This document shows, one piece after another, positions 9,280-17,955 of a stretch of DNA of 40,474 nucleotides (the stretch's first letter is position 1; the number at the start of each line of letters is the position of its first letter). The position numbers and the translations under genes are program-made. Under the pieces are notes generated by a model. That model searched no databases. It was given only the letters and a program-made list of their open reading frames with translations, and was not told the origin of the DNA. The stretch covers positions 1-40,474 of IMG/VR virus record IMGVR_UViG_3300013767_000073; one strand, 5' to 3'. This DNA is from a virus.

Positions 9280-9684
9280 ATGTCGATCCTGACCAAAGAC
9301 GCCATTCTGGGCGCCAGCGACCTCCCCTCCGAAGACGTGCCGGTACCGGAGTGGGGCGGCACGGTACGCATCGCGGTGATGTCCGGCCTGATGCGCGACC
9401 GCTTCATCGGCATGCAAGGCGCGGGCAATGTCCCGTATAGCGAATTCCTGGCCCGCATGCTGGTGGTCACCGCCGTTGATGAGGCCGACCAGCCGCTGTT
9501 TTCCGAGGCGGACGTCGAGGCGCTGCGTGGCAAGAACAAGCAGATCCTGGATCGCCTGGTGGAAGTCGCATTGCGCATCAATGGCATGGCGCCGGATGCC
9601 GTGGAGACGGCTGGAAAAAACTCCGACGCCGCCCCGAGCGGCGATTCTGGCTCCAGCTCTCCGTCGACATCGGTATCCCAGTAA
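9280..9684 (+). CDS. Tail assembly chaperone (gpG-like)
   Basis: 134 aa ORF between the major tail and tape measure genes. Contains a slippery heptamer near its 3' end. Confidence 0.75.
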   Translation: MSILTKDAILGASDLPSEDVPVPEWGGTVRIAVMSGLMRDRFIGMQGAGNVPYSEFLARMLVVTAVDEADQPLFSEADVEALRGKNKQILDRLVEVALRINGMAPDAVETAGKNSDAAPSGDSGSSSPSTSVSQ

Positions 9685-9986
9685 GGGAGCTTCAGGGGCG
9701 CGTCAGTAGCGCGGAGTTCGTCGAGTACATGGCCCTCTACCAGCTCGACGGGCGGGGGCCGCACTACGACGACCTCCGCGCCGGCGCGATCGCCTCGATG
9801 GTGGCGAACATCCACCGCAACCGGAAGGTGGCGCCGGCGCCGTTTGATGAGCTGGCATTCATCCCCTGGAATGAGCATCACCGGCTGGTTGCAGACCGCG
9901 CCGCCGAAGCGGCTGCCGCGATCGTGGCAGACCCGGAGGCGCATTCCCGGTTGTTGGATGCCATGTTGTTTCCGAGGAGGGAGTGA
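9280..9986 (+). CDS. Tail assembly chaperone G-T fusion product (-1 frameshift at 9615..9621)
   Basis: The -1 frame continues KKLRRRPERRFWLQLSVDIGIPVRELQGRVSSAEFVEYMALYQLDGRGPHY... (gpT/DUF4035-like). The frame moves from start mod 3 = 1 to mod 3 = 0. Confidence 0.6.
9615..9621 (+). promoter_or_regulatory. -1 programmed ribosomal frameshift slippery site A AAA AAC
   Basis: In the G frame the codons read gga aaa aac. The -1 frame is open from 9615 to the stop at 9984-9986. Confidence 0.65.
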
Positions 9987-10423
9987 TGGCGAAACCGTTC
10001 GCCGTCGAGAACGGCGCGTCGCTCACGGCGGCGCTGAATGCGCTTGACGACATCAGCAGCGAGTCGGTGCTGCGCCAGGCTGCGGTCGCTGGGGCGCGCG
10101 TGGTGCACGCAGAGGCAAGGCTGCGTGCACCCGTCGACCTGGGGATCTATGAGGGCAAGCAGGGGAAGCATCCCCCTGGCTTCCTCCGCGACCACCTCAT
10201 CATCGCCTACGACGATGAGGTGTCGGTACCGGGCCGCATCGCCTCGTACATCGTCACCTGGTCGAGGGAGGCCTTCTATGGGCGCTTCTGGGAATTCGGC
10301 ACATCGAAGATGGCAGCGCAGCCGTTCCTGCGCCCCGCATTCGACGCGCGGAAGACCAACGCGGCGGCAGCAGTCGACGAGGTGATCCAGGTCAAAGTGA
10401 GAGAGCTGAATAGTGGCAAATGA
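9986..10423 (+). CDS. HK97 gp10-family protein
   Basis: LRAPVDLG ... FYGRFWEFGTSKMAAQPFLRPAF matches the gp10-family signature. ATG at 9986 follows gaggaggg. Confidence 0.65.
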   Translation: MAKPFAVENGASLTAALNALDDISSESVLRQAAVAGARVVHAEARLRAPVDLGIYEGKQGKHPPGFLRDHLIIAYDDEVSVPGRIASYIVTWSREAFYGRFWEFGTSKMAAQPFLRPAFDARKTNAAAAVDEVIQVKVRELNSGK

Positions 10424-13301
10424 GACGGTAGTACGGGTCACGGCCGACGCCTCCGGCTATTCCGCCGAGCTGGAAAAGGCGAAACGCAGCGCGGCTGCCT
10501 TCATAGAGGCGCAAGAGGCGGCGGCGCGCCGCACGCAAGCCGCCCAGGCAGCCATTACTGAGGCCGCCAAGAATGGCGCCGACGCGAGCGCGCGGCAAAT
10601 CAATGCCTTCGTCACCCAGGCCTCGCGCATGGCGGAGACGGCTGGCAAGACGCGCTCGCAGCTGCTCGAGCATAAGGCGGCCCAGCTCGGCGTCACCGAC
10701 GCGGTCTCCGGCTTTATCGACAAGCTGCGCGCCGCCGAGGTGGAGTCCGGCAAGCTGAAAAAGGTCGGTGATGCCCTGGATGCCACGGGTATCTCGGCCA
10801 AGCAGACAGCCGCCGCCATGCGCATGGTGCCGGCGCAGATGACCGACATCGTCACGCAGCTGCAGGGCGGCGCGAATCCGATGACGGTCCTGATCCAGCA
10901 GGGCGGTCAGTTGAAGGATATGTTCGGTGGAATCGGCCCGGCTGCGCGGGCGATGGGCACCTACCTGGCGTCGCTGGTCAATCCGCTGAGCGTGGCGGCC
11001 GCAGCTGCCGCTGTCCTGGGCTACGCCATGAGCAAGGGCGCCGGCGAGTCGCGCGCCTACAGCGAGGCCCTGGTCATGACGGGCGGCCATGCCGGCAAGA
11101 CGGCGGACCAGCTGGCAGTCATGGCTGAGAATATCAGCCGCTCGATCGGCACCCAAGGCCAGGCGGCCGAGACGCTGATCAAGCTCGCGGGTACCGGCAA
11201 GGTGGCCGGTGACCAGATGCAGGGCATCGCGGTCGCGGCCGAGTCGATGCACAAGGCCACCGGCGCCGCGGTCGACGACACGATCGCCAAGTTTGTGGAG
11301 TTGGCCGATGAGCCGGTCAAGGCGTCGGTCAAGCTCAACGAGCAGTACCACTACCTGACACATGCGATCTACGAGCAGATCGCCGCCCTCGAGGAGGAGG
11401 GCAAGAAGGAGGAGGCCGCCGCGCTGGCTCAGAAGGCGCTGGCCGACAAGATGAAGGAGCGGGCCGACAAGGTCATTGCGAACCTCGGCTACATGGAGCG
11501 CGCCTGGAACGCGATCAAGGGTGCGGCCAGCTCGGCCTGGGATGCCATGCTCGGCCTCGGTCGCGCGGCGACGCTCGACGAGATCCGCGGCAAGATCAGC
11601 GCAACGCAGAAGCAGCTGGCCAGCCTCGAGAGCGGCGAAGGCTTCGGCAATAACGGCAACGGCGCCGCCTTCGGCGCCGGCGCGCGCGGCCGCGCTGCCC
11701 AGATGGCCAGGCTGCGCGACGAGCTACAGCAGTTGCAGGCGCAGGCCAAGCCGCTGGAGGATGCCGACCGGCAGCAGCAGGTCCAGGCGGAGAACCAGAA
11801 GAAGCAGGACACCATGGTCGCGGCGCAGTCGCGCCTGGATGCGCAGAAGCAGGCCACGCGCAGCCGCGCCGAGCAGCGCAAGGACGAGATCGACCAGCTC
11901 AAGCGGGATGCCGAAACCGTCGGCATGGCCGCCGACGAATATGCGCGCCGCGCCGCAGCTATCAACGAGAAGTACAAGGACCAGAAGGGTCCGAAGGCGA
12001 AGGCCTACCAGGATGACGCGGCGACGCGCTTTCTGCAGCAGCTGCGCGAGCAGGAGGCTGCCGACCGCGCTGCCCTCGATTCCAATACCAAGCTGACGCA
12101 GGCGCAGCGCCAGCAGGCCGAGTTCCTGCAGAAGATCTCGGACCTCAAGGGCAAGTCGATCCTGACGGCCGACCAGAAGAGCCTGCTGGCCAACCAGGAC
12201 GCGATCAAGACGCAGCTCCAGCAGAACGTCGAGACCGAGCGGGCGCTGAAGCTGAAGGAGGAGATCGCCAAGGTCGAGGAAAGGTCGCGCCAGATCAACG
12301 ATCACATGGCCGACATCCAGGCTAACCACCGCGAGAACTACGCACGGGAGCTGGATGCCTATGGCCGCGGTGCTGACGCGCAGAAGCAGGCCGAGGCCGT
12401 CAAGGCGCTCACGAAGGAATACGAGCGCATGCAGTGGCAGCTGGAGAAGGCCACCAAGCCGGAGGCGCGCGGATCGGATGAGTACCTGCAGGCCCAGCAG
12501 CGCATTCGCGATGGCCTGCAGCAGTCGCTGAAGGACTACAGCGACTACTACGCCGAGCTCAAGGCGAAGCAGACCGAGTGGACCAACGGCGCCACCGCTT
12601 CCATCGCCAACTATGTCGACGCTGCGCGCAACATGGCGGCGCAGACCGCCAATGCCGTAACCAGCATGGCGCAGGGCATGGAGAACGCGCTGACCAACTT
12701 CGTGACCAAGGGCAAGCTGGACTTCAAGTCGCTGGCCGACAGCATCATCGCCGAGATCGTGCGGATTCAAGCGCGGCAGGCCGTCGCAGGCCTGGTCGGC
12801 ATGCTCGGCAACATGTTCGGGGCCGGCCTATCCGGGGCGGGCGCCTTCGATGGTGCCAGCTCGGCCCTGGCTGGCTCGCAGACCGCTGCGGCGACGCCGC
12901 TGGCGGGTGACTACTTTGGCACTGCTGGATCGGTGTCCGGTGGCTATGCCAGCGGTCTGTTCGGCGTGGCCGGTGCGCGTGCGTCTGGCGGCCCAGTGGA
13001 CGGCGGCCAGACCTACCTGGTCGGCGAGCGAGGGCCAGAGTTGTTCGTACCCAATTCTTCGGGGGGAATCGTTCCAAATCATGCACTTGGCGGTAGCGAG
13101 ATCAACGTGAGCGTGTCGGTGGTCGAAGACTCGTCGAAGGCTGGCCAGGTCGACCAGCAGCGCAACGGACGCGGCCTAGACCTGACCGTTTTCGTCGAAA
13201 AGGTCAAGGCGGCGGTCGCTGCAGACATCACGGCCGGAGGCACCTCGATCGCGCAAGCGATGGAGCGTGGCTACGGCCTGAATCGAGTAGGGAGGCGGTA
13301 A
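10413..13301 (+). CDS. Tail tape measure protein
   Basis: 962 aa, highly alpha-helical and Ala/Gln/Glu-rich. Lies downstream of the G/GT chaperones. GTG start. Confidence 0.9.
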   Translation: MANETVVRVTADASGYSAELEKAKRSAAAFIEAQEAAARRTQAAQAAITEAAKNGADASARQINAFVTQASRMAETAGKTRSQLLEHKAAQLGVTDAVSGFIDKLRAAEVESGKLKKVGDALDATGISAKQTAAAMRMVPAQMTDIVTQLQGGANPMTVLIQQGGQLKDMFGGIGPAARAMGTYLASLVNPLSVAAAAAAVLGYAMSKGAGESRAYSEALVMTGGHAGKTADQLAVMAENISRSIGTQGQAAETLIKLAGTGKVAGDQMQGIAVAAESMHKATGAAVDDTIAKFVELADEPVKASVKLNEQYHYLTHAIYEQIAALEEEGKKEEAAALAQKALADKMKERADKVIANLGYMERAWNAIKGAASSAWDAMLGLGRAATLDEIRGKISATQKQLASLESGEGFGNNGNGAAFGAGARGRAAQMARLRDELQQLQAQAKPLEDADRQQQVQAENQKKQDTMVAAQSRLDAQKQATRSRAEQRKDEIDQLKRDAETVGMAADEYARRAAAINEKYKDQKGPKAKAYQDDAATRFLQQLREQEAADRAALDSNTKLTQAQRQQAEFLQKISDLKGKSILTADQKSLLANQDAIKTQLQQNVETERALKLKEEIAKVEERSRQINDHMADIQANHRENYARELDAYGRGADAQKQAEAVKALTKEYERMQWQLEKATKPEARGSDEYLQAQQRIRDGLQQSLKDYSDYYAELKAKQTEWTNGATASIANYVDAARNMAAQTANAVTSMAQGMENALTNFVTKGKLDFKSLADSIIAEIVRIQARQAVAGLVGMLGNMFGAGLSGAGAFDGASSALAGSQTAAATPLAGDYFGTAGSVSGGYASGLFGVAGARASGGPVDGGQTYLVGERGPELFVPNSSGGIVPNHALGGSEINVSVSVVEDSSKAGQVDQQRNGRGLDLTVFVEKVKAAVAADITAGGTSIAQAMERGYGLNRVGRR

Positions 13302-13792
13302 TGACAGTGCCAACATGGCCCATCCAGCTGCCGGCGCCGCTGGTCAGCGGCTACAGCTACAGCCAGAAAGCGGCGGTGGCGCGCACTGAGATGGACAGCG
13401 GCATCGCGCGCAACCGGCGCCGGTTCAGCCGCGCGCCGGCGCAGATCAACCTCAAGTGGCTGCTGACGGGGCCGGAGCTAGCGGTGTTCGAGTACTTCTG
13501 GCACGTCGAAGTGCTCGATGGCGCGGCCTGGTTCGAGACGATCGCCAGCAGCGGTACCGGTCCGCAGTCTCTGCGCGTGCGCTGTGTGTCGGACGGCTAC
13601 ACAGCGAATGCAGTGGACGGCCATTGGGAGGTCTCGATCCAGGCCGAGGCGCTGGAGATACCGAAAATCAATGCCGCTCAGTACACCGCCATGAAGCAGT
13701 TCGATGCGGATGACATCGCGCTGATCGATCGGCGCTTCTACCACTTCGTCAACGGCTACCTGCCTGGCGCAAGCACATCGGTCAACCCATGA
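13301..13792 (+). CDS. Minor tail protein (lambda gpM position)
   Basis: 163 aa. Start overlaps the tape measure stop. Call based on position. Confidence 0.55.
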   Translation: MTVPTWPIQLPAPLVSGYSYSQKAAVARTEMDSGIARNRRRFSRAPAQINLKWLLTGPELAVFEYFWHVEVLDGAAWFETIASSGTGPQSLRVRCVSDGYTANAVDGHWEVSIQAEALEIPKINAAQYTAMKQFDADDIALIDRRFYHFVNGYLPGASTSVNP

Positions 13793-14328
13793 CAACCATC
13801 AAACAGGCGCTGGCCGAGGCCTACGCCTCGGCGCCAGTCAGCGAGGTCATCATCGACACGCTCGAGATCCGGCATCCCTCGTTCTTCGACGATGCGGGAA
13901 ATCCGACCGCTATCCGCATCTGTCGCGACCGCGTCGACTTCGAGGCCTACCTGGAGGTCGGTGCACGGATGAATGCTGGCCAGCGCGTGACCTTCATCGC
14001 CGTGCCATTCGATTTCAAGCTGCCCGGGGCGGCAGAGGCCAGGGTGCCGCAGCTCGAGATCGGTATTGACAACATCGATCGCTCGATCACGGCAGCAGTC
14101 GAGCGGGCCTACCAGCAATCGGACCCGATCCAGGTGACATATCGCCCCTATTTGGCATCGGATCCGTCCTCCCCGCAGATGGACCCGCCCATCAATATGA
14201 TCCTGTCGCGCGTCACCGTCAGCGTGTTCAGGGTCACCGGCACGGCGACACTGAGCGACGTGCACAACTGGCCATTCCCTGGTCGCGTGTACAACCCGGC
14301 CGACTTCCCCGGGTTGCTGCGCCGATGA
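13789..14328 (+). CDS. Minor tail protein (DUF1833-like, lambda gpL position)
   Basis: LAEAYASAPVSEVIIDTLEIRHPSF resembles the DUF1833 N-terminus. 4-nt overlaps on both sides. Confidence 0.6.
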   Translation: MTTIKQALAEAYASAPVSEVIIDTLEIRHPSFFDDAGNPTAIRICRDRVDFEAYLEVGARMNAGQRVTFIAVPFDFKLPGAAEARVPQLEIGIDNIDRSITAAVERAYQQSDPIQVTYRPYLASDPSSPQMDPPINMILSRVTVSVFRVTGTATLSDVHNWPFPGRVYNPADFPGLLRR

Positions 14329-14741
14329 ACGCCGCCGAGATCAACTGCTATGTCGGGTTGCCCTATCTGGCTGGTGGGCGCGGGCCAGAGGCCTTCGACT
14401 GTTGGGGGCTGTTGGTCCACCTGCAGCGGGAACACTTCGGGCGGGAATTTCCAGACCTGCAGATGGGCGATGCGGCGGCATCGTTCGCCGCCTACGAACG
14501 CCGGCGAGCCTCCGGCGAGTGGGTAGTCATCCCGCGGCCGGCGCACGGCGCGCCGGCGCTCATGCGGGCCGGCATGCACCCGCACGTCGGCACCTGGTTG
14601 GCGGTCGACGGTGGCGGCGTGCTGCATGCCCAGGAGGGTGCTGGCGTCGTCTGGACGCCGGGAAGTCGTCTCAACCTAGCTGGCTATGGCCGCATCCACT
14701 ACTACGAGATCCATGCAGGCAACGCTGATTCAGATCACTGA
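14325..14741 (+). CDS. Tail-associated NlpC/P60-type peptidase (lambda gpK-like)
   Basis: FDCWGLLVHLQREHFG carries the catalytic Cys context, with a downstream His (HPHVGTW). Position fits. Confidence 0.65.
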   Translation: MNAAEINCYVGLPYLAGGRGPEAFDCWGLLVHLQREHFGREFPDLQMGDAAASFAAYERRRASGEWVVIPRPAHGAPALMRAGMHPHVGTWLAVDGGGVLHAQEGAGVVWTPGSRLNLAGYGRIHYYEIHAGNADSDH

Positions 14742-17700
14742 CCCCTTCCGTCCGCAGCTCGGGCGCCAGGTGACCGCGCTGCGCCGGCGCAACCGCATTA
14801 CCACGCTATTGCGCCGGCGCGGCCTGGCCACGGTGTCAGCGGCGGGTCGGATCCGGCTGTCGGCGCCGTTCTTCGTGCTGCTCAACGGCCAGCCGCTCCT
14901 GCAGCGGGAGTGGCGGCGCTGCATCGAGGATGGTGACACGCTGGCGATTGTGGCTGTGCCCAAGGGTGGCGGTGGCTCGAACCCCTTGCAGATCATCGCT
15001 ATGATCGCCGTGGTGGTGATCTCGATCTATGCGCCTTATATGGCGCCGGCAGCATGGGGGGCTGTCGGCGCCACTGGCGGCCTGACTGCTACCGGCGCAC
15101 TGATCTCGGCTGGCGTGATGATGGCTGGCAGCCTGTTGGTCAACGCCATCCTGCCGCCACCCAAGCCGAACCTTGGGCTTGGCCAGCAGGGATCGCAGGC
15201 CAGCCCGACCTATGGCATCAACGCGCAGGGCAACTCGGCGCGGCTGCTCGGCGCCATCCCGGTCCTGTATGGCCGGCACCGGGTCACGCCGGACTTCGCC
15301 TCGCAGCCGTACACCGAGTACATCGGCAACGAGCAGTATCTGTACCAGCTGTTCGTGGTGACGCAGGGGCAGGCTCAGATCGAGCAGGTGCTGATCGGCG
15401 AGTCGGACATCAGTGTCTACTCGGAGGTCCAGTACGAGATCATCCCACCCGGCGGCGCCGTGACGCTCTTCCCGGACAACGTCGAAACTAGCACCGCGGT
15501 GACTGGCCTCGAGCTCAAGGGGCCGAACGAGGGCGGTGACTATGTGGGGCCATTCATCGTCAACTCGGCGGGGTCGCAGGCCTCCTACATCGGGATCGAC
15601 ATCTCGCTGCCCAACGGTCTGTTCTACGCCAACAACAGTGGCGGCATGGACGGGCGAACGGTCAGCTTTGTCGCGGAAGCCCAGTGGATCCACGACGATG
15701 GCTCCCCCATCGGCAACTGGTGGGAGCTTGGGCGCGACACCATCACCATGGCCACGACGACGCCCCAGATGCGCTCCTATCGTTGGGCGACTGGCTTGGG
15801 GCGCGCGCAGGTGCGGTTGCGCCGCCTGAACGACAAGGATCTGGATTCGCGCGCCGGCAACACGCTGGTGTGGTCTGGTCTGCGCGGCTACTTGACGAGC
15901 AAGCGCGTCTACGGCGACGTGACCATGATCGCGACCCGGATCCGGGCCACGAACAACCTGAACAGCCAGACGGCGCGCCAGCTTGGCGTGATTGCAACGC
16001 GCAAGCTGCCGGTGTGGAACGGCTCGGCGTGGAGCGACCCGCAGCCGACACGCAATCCGGCCTGGGCCTTCGCGGACATCTTCCGCAACGCAGGCTACGG
16101 CCGAGGGCTGCCGGACTCCCGGCTCAATCTCGCGCACTTGCTCGAGCTCGCGGCGACGTGGAATGCGCGCGGCGATCGCTTCGACGGCATCTTCGACACG
16201 TCGGTGACGGTCTGGGACGCGGCCACCAGCGTGGCGCGGGTGGGGCGAGCGCTGCCGATGTACTACGCTGGCGTCATCGACATGATCCGTGACGCGCCGC
16301 AGTCGGTGCGCAAGGCGATGTTCACGCCGCAGAACATGGTCAAGGGCAGTTGGAGCGCGGACTATGTGCTGCACGACTACGACACGCCGGACTACGTGAT
16401 CATCGAGTATGTCGACGAGGCGACCTGGCAGGCGATGGAGGTGGAGTGTGCGCTCCATGGCAGCGCCAAGCTGAAGCCGGAGCGCGTGAAGCTGTTCGGA
16501 TGCGCAAATCGGGCGCAGGCCTGGCGGGAGGGCATGTACATGGCGGCAAGCCATCGCGATCGCCGCCGGTTCATTAGCTTCACGACCGAGTTGGACGGTC
16601 ATATCCCACAGTATGGCGACCTGGTCGCGGTCAGCCATGATGTGCCGGCCTGGGGCCGCTCGGGGGTGGTCATGGGGTATGACCCTGGCGCCGGCGTGCT
16701 GAGCCTGTCCGAGCCCATGGTCTTTGAGGTGGGGGCAAGCTACCAGATCGCGCTGCGCCGGCGCGATGGCAGCATGGATGGTCCCTATGCCGTCGCCTCC
16801 GGTGCCGTGGACACCGATGTGGTCCTGGTGGGGCTGACGGCGGCACAGCGCAGCGCGATCTACGTGTCCGATGGCGCCAGCGAGGAGCCGACGATCGTCG
16901 CCTTCGGGCAGGTGGATCGTGTGTCGCTGGATTGCCTGGTGGTGTCAGTCTCGCCAAAGAACGACCTGGAGGTGGAGGTCACGGTCGTCAATGCGGCGGA
17001 CAGCGTGCACAAGGCGGAGAATGACGGGTCTGTGCCGCCGCCGCCACGCCCCTCTGAGCTGCCCGGCAATAGCGAGGCGCCGGTGATCAGCTCGGTGAGT
17101 GTGCTGCCATCTTGGGGTGGGTGGGTATCCATCACGGCGACGGCGGCGCGCAATGCGCAGCGCTATGAGTTCCAGGTCAGTCGGGATGCCGGGGCGTCCT
17201 GGGTGTACCTGGGCGACTCGGCGACCCCGCAACTGGGGGCGCAGATTGCGCCAGGGGCGGTGCAGGTCCGGGTGCGGGCGATCGGGGCGGCGGCACCTGG
17301 GCCGTGGACCGTGTGGACGGGGACCATCACCGAGACTGCATATGTTCCCGGCCCTCCAACATTGGTGCTGCGCGCGCCGTTCGTCGGTAGGGTGGTGCAG
17401 ATCGATATCGCGGCGCAATCCTATGTGTCGTATTACGAGGTCGAGGTCTGGACGGGCGGTGTCAAGCGGCGCCAGTTCGCGATCCCTGGCTCCAGCTTCG
17501 AGTGGAGCTATGACGATGCAGTCAACTGGGGGGCGGTCTCGCCGTCGATCACCTTCATCGTGCGAGCAGTGAATAGCGCCAACCAGGCCTCCACTGACAC
17601 CTCGATCACCGTCAGCAATCCCCCTCCGCCGGCGGTGGATCACACCTATACGGAGTCGGACGATGGCTTCCACCTCACACCTAGGATCACGATTCGGCCT

Positions 17701-17898
17701 GGGCCGGACACGGACCTGGAGCGGTGCGACCTGCGCCTCGGGTCGACCTCTGGGCCGGTGATCTACAGCGGTATTGCACCGGTCGAGCTGGAGCTCATGG
17801 AGGCCAGTACGTATGTGCTGTTCCAGCGAGACGTGTGGGGCAGCCAGGGTCCCATCACGACGATCAACACGCCGTCGCCACCGAATCCAGGTAGTTGA
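14713..17898 (+). CDS. Host-specificity / central tail fibre protein (gpJ-like) with an N-terminal gpI-like segment
   Basis: About 1061 aa. The N-terminus has a LLNGQPL...DGDTLAIVAVPKGGGGSNP motif plus a hydrophobic Gly-rich stretch (gpI-like). This is followed by a gpJ-like body and FN3-like repeats near the C-terminus. Confidence 0.8.
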   Translation: MQATLIQITDPFRPQLGRQVTALRRRNRITTLLRRRGLATVSAAGRIRLSAPFFVLLNGQPLLQREWRRCIEDGDTLAIVAVPKGGGGSNPLQIIAMIAVVVISIYAPYMAPAAWGAVGATGGLTATGALISAGVMMAGSLLVNAILPPPKPNLGLGQQGSQASPTYGINAQGNSARLLGAIPVLYGRHRVTPDFASQPYTEYIGNEQYLYQLFVVTQGQAQIEQVLIGESDISVYSEVQYEIIPPGGAVTLFPDNVETSTAVTGLELKGPNEGGDYVGPFIVNSAGSQASYIGIDISLPNGLFYANNSGGMDGRTVSFVAEAQWIHDDGSPIGNWWELGRDTITMATTTPQMRSYRWATGLGRAQVRLRRLNDKDLDSRAGNTLVWSGLRGYLTSKRVYGDVTMIATRIRATNNLNSQTARQLGVIATRKLPVWNGSAWSDPQPTRNPAWAFADIFRNAGYGRGLPDSRLNLAHLLELAATWNARGDRFDGIFDTSVTVWDAATSVARVGRALPMYYAGVIDMIRDAPQSVRKAMFTPQNMVKGSWSADYVLHDYDTPDYVIIEYVDEATWQAMEVECALHGSAKLKPERVKLFGCANRAQAWREGMYMAASHRDRRRFISFTTELDGHIPQYGDLVAVSHDVPAWGRSGVVMGYDPGAGVLSLSEPMVFEVGASYQIALRRRDGSMDGPYAVASGAVDTDVVLVGLTAAQRSAIYVSDGASEEPTIVAFGQVDRVSLDCLVVSVSPKNDLEVEVTVVNAADSVHKAENDGSVPPPPRPSELPGNSEAPVISSVSVLPSWGGWVSITATAARNAQRYEFQVSRDAGASWVYLGDSATPQLGAQIAPGAVQVRVRAIGAAAPGPWTVWTGTITETAYVPGPPTLVLRAPFVGRVVQIDIAAQSYVSYYEVEVWTGGVKRRQFAIPGSSFEWSYDDAVNWGAVSPSITFIVRAVNSANQASTDTSITVSNPPPPAVDHTYTESDDGFHLTPRITIRPGPDTDLERCDLRLGSTSGPVIYSGIAPVELELMEASTYVLFQRDVWGSQGPITTINTPSPPNPGS

Positions 17899-17915
17899 GA
17901 CTTCCTGGCATGTTC

Positions 17916-17945
17916 GGCCGCCATTTGGCGGCCTTTTTCTTTTTT
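17916..17945 (+). terminator. Rho-independent terminator after the gpJ-like gene
   Basis: ggccgcc (17916-22), loop attt, ggcggcc (17927-33), then tttttctttttt. Confidence 0.65.
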
Positions 17946-17955
17946 GGGCTGAAAC

